Assembly: GCA_964016885.1 (NCBI GenBank)
Contig: OZ024751.1
Location: forward strand, 7,502,001 to 7,566,000
Reading direction: 5' to 3'
Length of the DNA stretch: 64,000 bases
From: Eledone cirrhosa
Lineage: Eukaryota
In this document: positions 1 to 12,944 of the stretch, in pieces
Layout of the letters: every line of letters begins with the position of its first letter
How positions within the stretch are numbered: the stretch's first letter is position 1
Notes under the pieces: generated by a model
What the model was told of the DNA's origin: nothing
Databases searched by the model: none
Seen by the model: only the letters and a program-made list of their open reading frames with translations
Translations under genes and position numbers: made by a program

Positions 1-857
1 AATAACGATCCTAGGCGCCAACGCAACATGAAAATAATAATAATATAACATAGATAGATAAATCTTAAGATTTGAAAATGAGCAAGATAATAATGATAAG
101 TATAGAGTAAACTAAAACAGAGTTAGAAACACTTAAATACGCTTGATAAACATAATGTACAAACTTTCATGGGGTTGAACAGTGTTAATGAGTTTATTTC
201 TTAAACAAAAGACGAGAAGTTGTGCCGACAAACATCGTTCATTTAATTATTCATTTCACATTATTCATATTTAGTAACTATATTTCTCAGACAAGACATA
301 GAATCGATGATCAGTAACATGTCCGTTGATATTTAATTACACTGAAAGGGACAGGTAAGGAAGTCTATTTTAGTTGATCCTGCGCCCAATGTATTGAGAT
401 ATTGATTTTCATAATGTAAAACATCTAATTTGTTATCATCTCAACAATGAATTTCGTTAATCACAACGATGAACAGGGACCGTTCTGATTCAACAAGAGC
501 TACTCATCAGAATGCTAGTTATATGATGCTTGATAAATATATAAAGTTCAATTGTGGAGAAATGATACAGATTGTGTAAAGTAGTACTTTAGTTTCAAGG
601 ACTGAAATGATATTTGGACAATATTATTTATTAAAGTTTTAGCAGGATACGCTAAAACCCTTGTTAAACACAACGATTCTTCTTCATGAACAGGGACCGT
701 TATGTTACAAGAACTTCTCAACTGAATGTTTGTTAATAAAAGATGAATGATAAATGTATAATGTTCAGTTGTTGAGAAATAATACAGATGCTGCAACGTA
801 GTACTTTAGTTTCAAGGTGCCAAAGGGTGTTTGGATGATATTATTTATTAATGATTT

Positions 858-943
858 CATCCTTTCATCCTTACGGGGTTGATCAAGTAAAGTACCAGTA
901 ATGCACTGGGATAATTGCTGGCCTTGTGCCAAAAGTAGAAACA
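858..943 (+). mobile_element. 5'-truncated tRNA-derived SINE (3' part) with 18-bp target-site duplication
   Basis: Matches the 3' half of the SINE at 45884-46072 (ctttcatccttacggggt...aaagtaccagtaatgcactg...gccttgtgccaaaagtagaaac). attatttattaatgattt is repeated at 840-857 and 944-961. Confidence 0.85.
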
Positions 944-1671
944 ATTATTTATTAATGATTTAGCAAAAGACACCAAAGCTAGACCTGCCAACTTCTAAAA
1001 TGTCAAACGGGTGTACCATGAATATAGGTACCTTAATTGGAGGAAAAAGGAGGCAAAATGGGGAGATTTTAGATAATTATAGCTATACCCATTTTCAAAA
1101 GAGACGACGCGTTTCTCCCATCCAAAAGTGGAAGGGAGATATCCCCGTCGGACGGGAGAGTTGACAAGTTGAACAAAGCCAATAACTGAAATATCACTAT
1201 TTCATAATTTTATATCACAATTCCTTGTTGAAGACTCGGCAAACACAAACGATAATACCTGTCCAACGATAATACTACAGTGAATAATGGCCTGTAATTG
1301 AAATATATAATTATGATATATTTTAAGAGAATGGAAATGGTATGTCTAACCTTATTAGTTTTAGTATCCATTCGGTGATAATATTTTCCACAAATCTACA
1401 TTTTCAGGATTTGTTTGATTTAAAGTTTCTCTATATTTTTTTACGTATCTTCTTTATAAATATTTGAATATAAAGTTTAAGTATATGAGGAACATCCACG
1501 AGCATAGTTTGCCATGAGCACTACATTGGTGTTGTAGATAATGCTTATAATCGTGATAATTGAATAGTTGCATACACGCACTCTATTTCACTATCTGACA
1601 CACGCACGCTTACACACAGTTACCTGTACACACACAACAACAACAACAACACACACATTATATATAAATAA

Positions 1672-1735
<64 letters not shown>

Positions 1736-1799
1736 TACATTTGCATTGTAGATAATGCTATCATGTTCATCCTGAAGCGTTTCCCGATAATTGAAAATT

Positions 1800-1846
<47 letters not shown>

Positions 1847-2259
1847 TTCGCTTAACACAATACCATTTATTTATTTAGATAGGGCAGGACTTGTTATATA
1901 TAAAATTAAACATCGGAATCATGAATAAATATAACATCGAGAAAAGAGTTATTGGATAAAACCCAAATCAATAAATCTATAAATATGGATTATTCTCATA
2001 TTTGATTGCCTAGAAATTAACAAATATAACGTTTGAAATTAACATATATGACATTGGTTCATGAATATCTTACAATAAATATAAGAACAGGGGAAGCTAT
2101 TATTACTACACATAACACAGACTTGTGTGAAATATTTGAAAGATTTTAATGGCATTTCGCAATTGTGAGAAAAGCGTATTTTCATTATTTAGCAAAGAAA
2201 CCTGGTAGAAATTTATTCATGTTTCACTCAAATTGTTAATTCTTCTTCTTTTCGTGTTC

Positions 2260-2745
2260 ACAAGAGTATCAGTTACAAAGCTTGGCAAGATATGATTCCG
2301 CCACAGCTGAACAAATTGCTGTCCTTTCTCATTAAAATCTACAAAGTCCAATGCTGTGCAGGTGTGTTCCGACAGGGAGCATATGAGGAGGCTCTGAACT
2401 GTCAGTGGTTCGATGCGGCCGTCACACACAACGTCACCATCCTTAAAATATCCCTTTGTAACAAATTGACTTTTACACCTCCAATATCAGATCCTAGTCT
2501 GGTGTTTAGTGAAAGAATTTGTAGAATGTTTCATGATGTAAACTGGGGTATGAGTGCCAAAGGCATCGTTAAAGGCGGATGCATGAGGGGAAGCCAACGC
2601 AAAAAAACTGGTTGGAGAATGTCAACAAATGGATGCACCAGCTTTGTTATCAGCCGCCGCGGATAGACTATTTTGTGTGTGATGCTTCTGCAGTAGAAAC
2701 CTGCCCCACAACTACAGAAGTCACGGTACTGATGATGATGATACA
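2260..2745 (+). pseudogene. Decayed RTE-like LINE 3' end
   Basis: Frameshifted translation KGIVKGGCMRGSQRK/NWLENVNKW resembles the RTE C-terminal QGxVEGxRRRGRQRKxWxDNVKEW motif. Ends in a (GAT)n tail. Confidence 0.55.
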
Positions 2746-3803
2746 GGTGTACGCTAGGTGTTCGGAGAAACAGTGAAATATATAAACTGTGTTTCTAATA
2801 CCGTGTATATATTGTATTTGTCAGTGAATATTTCCAAACCAAATGAAATAATGTTCATACATAAATTCATCTTGATTTCTTTGTATACCATTAGAAACCT
2901 CTTAGATCTATACATCACAATGAGACGAGAGTTGATGTCCGTTGAGGATCTGCGTATAATATAGGCTGCATTATTATCGCGGTTGAAAGAAGAAGATTCA
3001 CGGTTTGGATTTCGGTTTTTTTTCCGTTGTTTCGTGAGGTTGCTTAATTATTTACCATGTATACTATTATATATAATCTATTGAGTAATGTGAAAGATAG
3101 TGTAAATAATAATCTAGTGAATCAAGGGGCATGCATTTGGTGTTCTTGGCAAATGTTCAGAACAGTATATGTAAAAATGTATCGCTTACTTTCTATAGAG
3201 AACGTTTATATCTTAAATGATTTATCTTTATCTGGAAACAATTTAATGACGTCTGCATTGCAGCTTAATGCAAATGATTACATATTCCTTCTAAACATCT
3301 AAGAGAAATTCGCAACATGTTGTAGTTGTATTCATCGCACATTCTATTAACGAGGAGATAACGGAACTCTATATTAGAATCTTAGAAGCATGACGTGTGA
3401 ATTGCAATTTCCCATTATATTACAAAAATGACAAAACGATAAACCCGCTGATTGGTAAACAACACAACGTGTCATAGAGATTTCAATATACACCTGAAAA
3501 ATGTGAATCGTATGATCAATGTTTCGCCTCGGATACACAAAGACGACACTTTTTCATAGGATAATCATGCAGCTACAACAAACGGCCAACAAATTAGAAT
3601 TCATAGAGAATATGCAACACAATTGTCGAAGAATACAATAGACAATACCACAAAGCAATGTAGGTTAAACATATAACAGAATATAAATAGAAAATTAATA
3701 TGCAGATACAGAGGAGGCGGCGAAGCTTTCGAAACAATGATACTATATTGTGGAAGGGTTTTGTTCCAAATTAATCATAATAAAAATGGAGCAACTAAAT
3801 GGC

Positions 3804-3837
<34 letters not shown>

Positions 3838-3839
<2 letters not shown>

Positions 3840-4590
3840 AAGTGGTTACACAACAGTTAGTTCACCATAGCGAGAACAATTGGTTCACCTTAGCCGATCC
3901 TCAGCTCGTAATGGACATGGTTATACGGAACTGGAAAGACAACCCTACGAACGCGCATGCGCAGAAACGATCACTTCACACAGGCAATACTGAATTGCGT
4001 GCGAGAGGTGTAAGGAAGATAACTGCAAAATTCCGAAAGTTTCTAGTTGATAAGAAAATGAGGATGTTGTTGTAATTCAATCCGGAGATTTGTAGTTATG
4101 TAAGAGGTGTTTCCAGACGTGTGGACAACGCGTGAAGAATTAAATCCTCGCGTTTAAGCCAATAACTATTGCCTAATCTCTTTAGAATATTTATTCATTC
4201 ATCAATACATAGTCCACACGACGGATTCCCCCTTGCGTATGGATTGGACTTAGTGATGGCTTTCCATTGAATGGAGTAGTCCATACTTGAGTCCTTGAGG
4301 GAGGAAAGGTGGCTCGCGATTTTCGCGGTTGAACGTATGTCAGGGTACCTAAAGGTCGACTGGTGGTTGAGGAAGCGTTCCTTAAATCGGCCCTCCGCCA
4401 TACCCACATAGGATTTGACCACCTATGGTTGATTTGGTCGGTTGGAAGGGACCACAGCTTCATACACTACAGCGGGTGTGTTGGAGAGCTGTTGAAGGGG
4501 ACAAACTTCTGGCTTACGGCAAGAGCACCTTGGTGTCCCATGGACTGAGTGGTCTACCTCTACGGATATTACCTTCCATTGTTCTACCAC
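3838..4590 (-). mobile_element. 5'-truncated Penelope-like element: GIY-YIG remnant, 3' UTR, degenerate HHR, inverted tail
   Basis: [11 protein letters not shown]...VVYEAVV...*...YVGMAEGRFKERFLNHQSTFR...CGLC is a PLE GIY-YIG domain with an in-frame stop at 4423-4425. HHR-like CGAG-CTGAGGA...GAAC-CAATTG-TT-CTCG at 3871-3908. Flanked by (TA)n. Confidence 0.85.
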
Positions 4591-4612
4591 TATATATATA
4601 TATATATAAATA

Positions 4613-4721
<109 letters not shown>

Positions 4722-5182
4722 TTCATATATATATATATATATACAAATATAAATATATATATATATATATATTCATATATATATATATATTCATATATAA
4801 ATATAAATATAAATATATATATATATATGGGTGTGTGTGTGTGTGTATGAATGTATCCATATGTGTATGTGTGTATATGTGTATGAATGTATGTATATGT
4901 GGGGGGTGTATAGAATTTCGGCTTACAGGCATAGAAAAGAAAGATTATTCCTCTATGTTAAGTCTAATATTATATATCAAACAAATGAAGACAATACATC
5001 CGTACCAGTTTTTAATAACTGAGTATATTCTAGGCTTCATTTTAATATATGAAATATTCAAATAAAATAAAGAAAAGTTTAGTAATTTCTAGAACTCATG
5101 CACGGCCAATGTTAAATGGAAAATAATAAACACTCATTCATCCGTCTAATTCCCGACATACAGATGCATTAATAAGCATACA

Positions 5183-5213
<31 letters not shown>

Positions 5214-5233
5214 GGCGGGCGTATATACGCAGT

Positions 5234-5271
<38 letters not shown>

Positions 5272-5321
5272 CTATATATACATATATATATATATATGTA
5301 TTTACATATGTATGTCTATAT

Positions 5322-5372
<51 letters not shown>

Positions 5373-5389
5373 CATATGTATGTCTATAT

Positions 5390-5446
<57 letters not shown>

Positions 5447-5735
5447 ATGTCACTAGTGTTAAAGTATTTCGTATTCTTGTGAAATCAATAAGCGGACATT
5501 CATATATATATATAATGAAAACATTGCAAATGATAAACAAATATTGTATGCCTCAGATTGGACAGACTAGAAGAAATACAACGACTAGAGTAAGCTCCAT
5601 CAAACATGTATAATATGCATCTAATAAGTTCAGATTTCTTTCAAATAATTCTGCATTATTTTCCAGGTGACTTGAAAACGGATAGCTTTTTGTGAAAGCA
5701 GACATAACTAGATATATCTCTAAACCACATCTCTA

Positions 5736-5787
<52 letters not shown>

Positions 5788-5884
5788 GTATGTATTTATA
5801 TATATGTATATACATGTATATATATATTTGACATATATATATTTATATTTATATATATATGAATATATATATATATATATTTAA

Positions 5885-5966
<82 letters not shown>

Positions 5967-5967
5967 A

Positions 5968-6412
5968 AGCAAAAGGGATATTCAATTTGTTAGTAAATTT
6001 ACAAATATAAATATAAATGTGTATAATTGATTCAGAGCCCTCGACATGTTTTCTGGAGTATAATATTCAATGACATTAAATAAATGGAAACTATATTTAT
6101 AAAAACATATTTATTCTATTACACATATTTCAATGGTCCCAAAATTTGGTACCTTTTCATCAGATGAAATACGAAGTGTGTTTTATAAATTTTGACATAA
6201 CCAAGGATAATACCTTAACGGTTCCAGTTCTCATTAACTATCCAAGGAAAACTTGAACCGTTAAGGTATTTTCTTTCGTGATGTCAACATTTATAAAACA
6301 CTCTTCGTATTCTATCTCATGAAAGCGTACCAAAGTTTTGGTACCCTTGAAATATATATAATAGAATAAATATGGTTTCATAAATATAGTTTCCATTTAT
6401 TTAATAACATTT
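5968..6412. mobile_element. Fold-back non-autonomous element (family A) with an HHR in each arm
   Basis: About 170-bp imperfect inverted arms (6070-6230 / 6250-6410). Minus-strand HHR at 6112-6171: TATTTCAT CTGATGA [long stem II] GAAA TATGTG TA ATAGAATA. The plus copy at 6308-6368 has CTCATGA. Confidence 0.75.
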
Positions 6413-6430
6413 TATATAAATATATATATA

Positions 6431-6688
6431 GTGGTGGAACACTGGAGGGTAATATCCGTAGTGGTAGAGCACTCAGTCCAAGGGACGAGTTAGCTAGAAG
6501 TGGTTACACAACAGTTAGTTCACCATACCGAGAACAATTGTTTCACCTTCGCAGATCTTCAGCTCGGGATGTGTATCAAATGCCGCGCTGAAAATCCACG
6601 AAGGTGAAACAATTGTTCTCGGTAAAATCCGCGAAGGTGAAACGATTGTTCTCGGCATGGTGAACTAACTGCTGTGTAAACACTTCTA
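6431..6688. mobile_element. Inverted pLTR fragments of the 3838-4590 PLE family
   Basis: agaagtggttacacaacagttagttcacca matches 3838-3868 and occurs again reverse-complemented at 6657-6687. The HHR 3' half is duplicated at 6590-6655. Confidence 0.8.
6528..6567 (-). ncRNA. Minimal type I hammerhead ribozyme
   Basis: CCGAG CTGAAGA TCTGCGAAGGT GAAA CAATTG TT CTCGG. Stem I is 5 bp and stem III is palindromic (CAATTG); GUU site. Confidence 0.75.
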
Positions 6689-6779
6689 TATATATATATT
6701 GAAGAGTTAAACAAAATCAATGAGTATATGAGTATAAATATATATATATATATATATATATAAATAGTAATAATAATAA

Positions 6780-6990
6780 ATTTGAAGACTAAAATCCAAA
6801 GGGGGCTCGATAAGGATTAATATATATCAAATATATAAGAACCGTAGAGCAAATATTTATTAAAATAACAGATTAAAGTTTAAGAAAAGAATCTCTGCTT
6901 TCACCCTTAACGGGATCTTCTGAAGATCCCGTTAATTGTGAAAGCACCGATTCTTTGCTTAAACTTTAATCTGTTATTTTAATAAATATA
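6780..6990. mobile_element. Fold-back element inverted at an HHR core
   Basis: Arms 6853-6920 / 6922-6990 meet at gatcttc-t-gaagatc. Minus strand reads GAAGA TCCCGTTAAGGGT GAAA; plus strand reads CTGAAGA TCCCGTTAATTGT GAAA. Confidence 0.6.
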
Positions 6991-7116
6991 TATATATATA
7001 TGTATATATATATTTATTAAAATAACAGATTAACGTGATATATACATACATACTTACATTTAAGTAAGTGCCGTACTAAGAGTGAGAAATGAAATTTCGT
7101 TTTCATTTTATTACAA

Positions 7117-7151
<35 letters not shown>

Positions 7152-7155
<4 letters not shown>

Positions 7156-7463
7156 ATAAATTAACGGAGCCATGGACTCTCGTTATTCCCTGTCAATAAT
7201 GTGCTCAAAGGAAAAGTAATCCTGAACTCTTTAAAATACAATATGTTGAAAAGGTAACACACTAAAGCACTCTTTCCTCTCTCTTTCTGTGTTATATAGT
7301 TATACAGGTGCGTATATACTTTTTAATATATATTTTTAATTATTGCGTGTCTACCCTGCGTTTCAAATATTATAGATTCCATACACTGGTGGTATTTTGC
7401 CTGTTTTATTGATGGCGCACAATCTCTCTCTAGTGCGTTACCTTTTCAACATATTGTATTTTA

Positions 7464-7464
<1 letters not shown>
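7152..7464. repeat. TA-embedded element with asymmetric inverted ends
   Basis: taaaatacaatatgttgaaaaggtaacacacta (7232-7264) is the near-perfect reverse complement of 7431-7463. Confidence 0.6.
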
Positions 7465-7544
<80 letters not shown>

Positions 7545-7595
7545 GTATATATATACATATATGTATATATGCGTATATGTATATATATATATATT

Positions 7596-8566
7596 TCGTT
7601 TCTGAATTTGTTTAGCAAGATTCTTTATCTGAAATCGTGTGTTGAAACTGATATTGTTATACTTTGCGAGGGTCATGTTGCCAATAAGAAACACACGCAC
7701 CAGTTGCTTTCACTTCAATTTATTATATATTTATAAATTTACAAATTTATAAATTTCTGGCTGGTTGGTTGGTTCCACAACCAGATAGTTGTTTATATAT
7801 AGTCATAGTTCTTTCGTCACACACTCTGTAACCTCTTCAGTGACTGGGGATTCCTTTCTCTGTTTCTGTGCCTCTCCTTTGTTCTGTCCTACGCCATTTT
7901 GTTTCTGTGTGTGTGTTGTGTGCTCAGTTTGCGCATGCGCCACATCCGGAACGGATAAATGAACACTGGCGAGACCTTCAAGATAATAAAGAATCATCTG
8001 TACTCTACCAACATGCTAAGAGAGAACACAAGGATAAATTAGAGAACATAGAAATAAAAATAGAATCTACACACAGAAAAGACGCAATGTTTAGACAAAT
8101 TACAGAGGCAATAAACATAAAAGAATTATAACCAAAATTAAATAGAAAATATGAGTGGAACAGCAACATTACAACTTACAATTAAGGACAAAATGAAAAC
8201 ACACACACACATAGAACAAACAACCAACCAGTAACATGTAAATAAACAAATAGATAAATGAACATAAACACAAACAGACACCCGGATGTGGCGCATGCGC
8301 AGACTGAGCACACAACACACACACAGAAACAAAATGGCGTAGGACAGAATAAAGGAGAGGCACAGAAACAAAGAAAGGAATCCCCAGTCACTGAAGAGGT
8401 CACAGAGTGTGTGACGAAAGAACTATAAACAACTATCTGGTTGTGGTACCAACCAAACAACCAGAAATTTATAAATTTGTAAATTTATAAATATATAATA
8501 AATTGAAGTGAAATAAACTGGTGCGTGTGTTTCTTATTGGCAACATGACCCTCCCAAAGTATAACA

Positions 8567-8570
<4 letters not shown>
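7596..8570 (+). mobile_element. 5'-truncated PLE with inverted pLTR (same family as 61625-64000)
   Basis: GIY-YIG C-terminus ERINEHWRDLQDNKESSVLYQHAKREH...RQITEAINI...LNRKYEW at 7948-8160. 7650-7949 is the reverse complement of 8282-8570. Confidence 0.88.
7801..7845 (-). ncRNA. Type I hammerhead ribozyme (second copy on + at 8386-8430)
   Basis: AGTCA CTGAAGA G-GTTACA-GAGTG-TGTGAC GAAA GAAC TA TGACT. Stem I is AGTCA/TGACT; CUA site. Confidence 0.75.
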
Positions 8571-8613
<43 letters not shown>

Positions 8614-8631
8614 TATATATATATATGTATA

Positions 8632-8702
<71 letters not shown>

Positions 8703-8708
<6 letters not shown>

Positions 8709-9652
8709 ATAAATGCTCTGAAATAGCGATATATATATGAATATAGACATAGAATATTCGAAAATATTCTGTATGTTTATAATAAACATTTTGAAGACCT
8801 AATCGCTATAGAATAGAATACGTCACGTATTACAATTAGATTCTCGATAAAAGCAAGGGAAGTAATCTACGCGTTTCATTCTTGTTAGAATTCATCAGGA
8901 CTACATATCCAGTGCTTTTATCGAGAATGACACAGCTAGAGACTTATAGAATACTTAGCTGTGTACAGGAACTGGTTTGAAAGAGCGGTTGCCGGTCCGG
9001 CAGAAATTAGAAATTGGAATAAATGCTCTGAAATAGCGATATATATATGAATATAGACATAGAATATTCGAAAATATTCTGTATGTTTATAATAAACATT
9101 TTGAAGACCTAATCGCTATAGAATAGAATACGTCACGTATTACAATTAGATTCTCGATAAAAGCAAGGGAAGTAATCTACGCGTTTCATTCTTGTTAGAA
9201 TTCATCAGGACTACATATCCAGTGCTTTTATCGAGAATGACACAGCTAGAGACTTATAGAATACTTAGCTGTGTACAGGAACTGGTTTGAAAGAGCGGTT
9301 ATTATAAACATACAGAATATTTTCGAATATTCTATGTCTATATTCATATATATATCGCTATTTCAGAGCATTTATTCCAATTTCTAATTTCTGCCGGACC
9401 GGCAACCGCTCTTTCAAACCAGTTCCTGTACACAGCTAAGTATTCTATAAGTCTCTAGCTGTGTCATTCTCGATAAAAGCACTGGATATGTAGTCCTGAT
9501 GAATTCTAACAAGAATGAAACGCGTAGATTACTTCCCTTGCTTTTATCGAGAATCTAATTGTAATACGTGACGTATTCTATTCTATAGCGATTAGGTCTT
9601 CAAAATGTTTATTATAAACATACAGAATATTTTCGAATATTCTATGTCTATA

Positions 9653-9657
<5 letters not shown>
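8703..9657. mobile_element. 310-bp retrozyme-like element: ~1.9 copies on minus, then ~1.15 copies on plus
   Basis: Period 310 (ttggaat at 8704 and 9014). Orientation switches at 9300/9301. HHRs at 8862-8904(-), 9172-9214(-) and 9490-9532(+). Flanked by (TA)n. Confidence 0.9.
9490..9532 (+). ncRNA. Type I hammerhead ribozyme, canonical core
   Basis: GTAGTC CTGATGA ATTCT-AACA-AGAAT GAAA CGCG TA GATTAC. All core nucleotides present, palindromic stem III, GUA site. Confidence 0.92.
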
Positions 9658-9683
<26 letters not shown>

Positions 9684-9686
<3 letters not shown>

Positions 9687-11511
9687 GGAATGACAGGAGG
9701 CTGGATTTGTGTAAATCCTTGAAAGGTTTATTATACTATGATCATTTCAATGACCGGGTTCGGTATGAATCCGGTGATATCATCAGGTATTCGAAATATA
9801 ATACGTGAATGTAATAGATAAAATCCATGGGGCTGAAAATCGAGGACCCGAGGTCGCCCTCGTGTGACGTGGCTAAAGCTTACAGTGTGCTACTACCGGT
9901 CAGATAAGGGAAAACAGAAAGGGATGGGAACATAAGTTAGCGTTAATCTCATTCCACAATTGAAAAGAAAGAAAGAAAGGAAGAAGAGAGAAGAAGGGGA
10001 GAAGGAAGAAGAAGAGAAGCCAGGGTTAGTGTCAGCTATAAAAAGAAAGACAGAAGAAAGAGGAGGAAAGGTCGGTATTACAGTCAAGCCAGGATTGTCG
10101 CGAAGAATTTTTTTAATTCTAAGGGACGCGTATCTAAACAAATACTACCGGTCAAATATAGGCAAACAAAAAGGGGAAGGTAGATAAGTCTGCGGGAGGA
10201 AGACAGAAAGAAGGGAGAAGAGAAGGAAGAAAAGGAAGAAGTAGAAAAGTCAGGGTTGATGGCTACAAGAAGAAAGATAGAAAGAAAGAGCAAGGAAGGT
10301 CGATATTAATGTCAGACTACAGTCAGGCCAGGAGTGGCGCGAAAAAATGTTCACAGGGACCCGTATCTTAGCAGAGGTAAATATAGTGGGGGTCAGTGTG
10401 TTATAATGTGTGAGCAGAAGATTGGAACGTTACGTTTTTGTTTAGACTTATAGGATGAAGTTAAAAATTAATAATTAATATTCAATATCAAAGAAATTAG
10501 AAAACTTAAAGTTAAACAGTTTAACATTTTAAGGTTGATATATCTAATAGTTCTGATTTGATCCGTAATTTAAAGGTACTATGTGGCGGTTAAAATACCG
10601 GCCGCGCTCCGGGCCATTTGGGCGAATCAGACCACTCCGAGTAGTTTCATTTACCGAAAGAAGGGGAAATTTATTTTTCCAAGCACTCAAGGTAGGCCTA
10701 TGCGCCGGGGAGCCGGTGCCGCCGCCAGGAAAACCCACCCAACAATCCGACAGAAAGTTGGAACGTTAAAATACTGTTTAAATTTATAGTATAAAGTTGA
10801 AAGAATTCAGAATAACATTATAAAATTAAAGAGTAAGAAGATTGAGAATTGAACAAACAGAAAATTGAAAATTAAACATTTAAAAAAACTTTTTTAAGGT
10901 TTTGGGTTGCGGGGTTTAGTTAAAGAGAGTCTGTTGTGAAGAAACGTTAATTAAAAGGAAGAAGTAGAAAAGTCAGGGTTGATGGCTACAAGAAGAAAGA
11001 TAGAAAGAAAGAGGAAGAAATGTTGATATTAATGTCAGACTACAGTCAGCCCAGGAGTGGCGCGAAAAAATGTTCACAGGGACTCGTATCTTAGCAGAGG
11101 AAAATATAGTGGGGGTCAGTGTGTTATAATGTGTGAGCAGAAGATTGGAACGTTACGTTTTAGTTTAGACTTATAGGATGAAGTTAAACATTAAAATTTA
11201 ATAATTAATATTTAATATTAAAAAAATTAGAAAATTTAAAGTTAAACAGTTTAACATTTTAAAGTTGATATATCTAATAGTTCTGATTTGATCTGTAATT
11301 TAAAGGTACTATGTGGCGGTTAAAAGACCGGCCGCGCGCCGGGCCCCCAGGGCGAATCAAGCCACTCCGAGTAGTTTCATTTCCCGAAAGAAGGGGAATT
11401 TATTTTTCCAAGCACTCAAGGTAGGCCTATGCGCCAGGTGGCCGGTCCCACTGCCAGGAAAACCCACCTAACAGTCCGACAGAAAGTTGGAACGTTAAAC
11501 TATTGTTTAAA

Positions 11512-11516
<5 letters not shown>
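9684..11516 (-). mobile_element. Non-coding family C element with internal direct repeats (probable PLE 3' UTR/pLTR)
   Basis: HHR at the left end. ~560-bp direct repeat at 10232-10786 / 10957-11514 and a looser GA-rich repeat at 9890-10140 / 10143-10370. Flanked by (TA)n. Confidence 0.6.
9733..9790 (-). ncRNA. Type I hammerhead ribozyme with long stem II (family C)
   Basis: ATAC CTGATGA TATCACCGGATTC-ATACC-GAACCCGGTCATT GAAA TGATCA TA GTAT. Same family at 29413-29470 and 29582-29639. Confidence 0.8.
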
Positions 11517-11597
<81 letters not shown>

Positions 11598-11665
11598 GTA
11601 TATATATATATATATGTGTTTTTATATATATAAATATGTATATATATAAATATGTATATATATAA

Positions 11666-11724
<59 letters not shown>

Positions 11725-11796
11725 TATGTATATATATATATATCTTTGTATGTATAAATATACAAATATATATATAAATATATATATATATATATT

Positions 11797-11828
<32 letters not shown>

Positions 11829-11862
11829 AACATACATATTTATATATATATGTATATATATA

Positions 11863-11924
<62 letters not shown>

Positions 11925-11951
11925 AATATATAAACATACATATTTATATAT

Positions 11952-11978
11952 ACTAGCAGAAAAACCACCCCACGGTGG
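11952..11978 (-). mobile_element. Helitron-like 3' terminus
   Basis: Minus strand reads CCACC-GTGG-GGTGG hairpin, 8 nt, then CTAG|T, the canonical Helitron 3' end. The matching 5' end was not identified. Confidence 0.5.
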
Positions 11979-12409
11979 CTTGTGTAATGTGTATATTGAT
12001 ATTATACACAAATATATATTCATGTTGATATGATACATCAAATAAAATCGTAATTGACAACGTTACACAGAAATTGAACGAAGTCAGTTACACTGTCTTA
12101 TGTATTGAGTAACGTAATCCATGGTACATTTAAAAAAAGACGATATTATATATAAACAGCATTAGGAGAAAATTAGCGACGGAAATATATGCGATATTTT
12201 TTATAAGTGTTATAATATAAACGGCCGCTAACCGGAAACATTGACATTTGAAAATTTCAAAGAAGTCAATGTTGAAGGTCTTTAAATAAGCTATAAAATA
12301 TATTTAATCAATCAACAAAATTTTGGAAGCCATATGGATAGCTTCCAAAATTAATGGTTGCATTTTAAAAGGGTACGTCAAAGCTTATTTGTAAAACTGT
12401 TATATATTG

Positions 12410-12474
12410 TATTTTGTCTGATGAAGGCATACCATCATTTAATTTGGTATTCCTGAAATATGTATAATGAAATA
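12410..12474 (+). ncRNA. Type I hammerhead ribozyme, family A
   Basis: TATTTTGT CTGATGA AGGCATACCA...TGGTATTCCT GAAA TATGTA TA ATGAAATA. Confidence 0.7.
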
Positions 12475-12513
12475 AATATGGTTTTATTAATATAGTTTCC
12501 ATTTATTAATATC

Positions 12514-12560
<47 letters not shown>

Positions 12561-12944
12561 AGTATGCATACGTAAATACATTTACATATATACAGACGTA
12601 CATTTGAATGCATATATACATATATACATACATGCACACATATATATATATATGTACGTATGGATTCACCGAACATTTATTATAATGTTCGGTGTGTTTG
12701 TAAACAAACAACCCGAATTAAGCCGTAGTGTCTAGCAACCATCGTTGCTCATTTGTTCAGAACTGACAAAGGAACGCTGTACTAGTTTCAAGCTTATTAG
12801 CTATCGTCAGCAACGTATACCTTCCTGCCAGATGATTGAACGACTGAAAGTATATACTTCCCTTATGCATATTAACGGCTGAGCACCCTTATTTGCATAT
12901 CAAGTGGGTTAATCGGCCGGGCGCACCGAAAACGATAAACGGAA

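Noticed and set aside
291-355. Exon bounded by tttctcag and gtaagg
   Set aside because: Stops in all three frames. It could only be a non-coding exon and there is no supporting evidence.
981-1172. MITE with agacctgccaact / agttgacaagtt ends
   Set aside because: TIR match is only about 9/13 and there is no clear TSD.
2292-2666. Host gene exon (tetraspanin-like VQCC)
   Set aside because: No CCG motif or TM pattern. Better explained as a frameshifted RTE 3' end.
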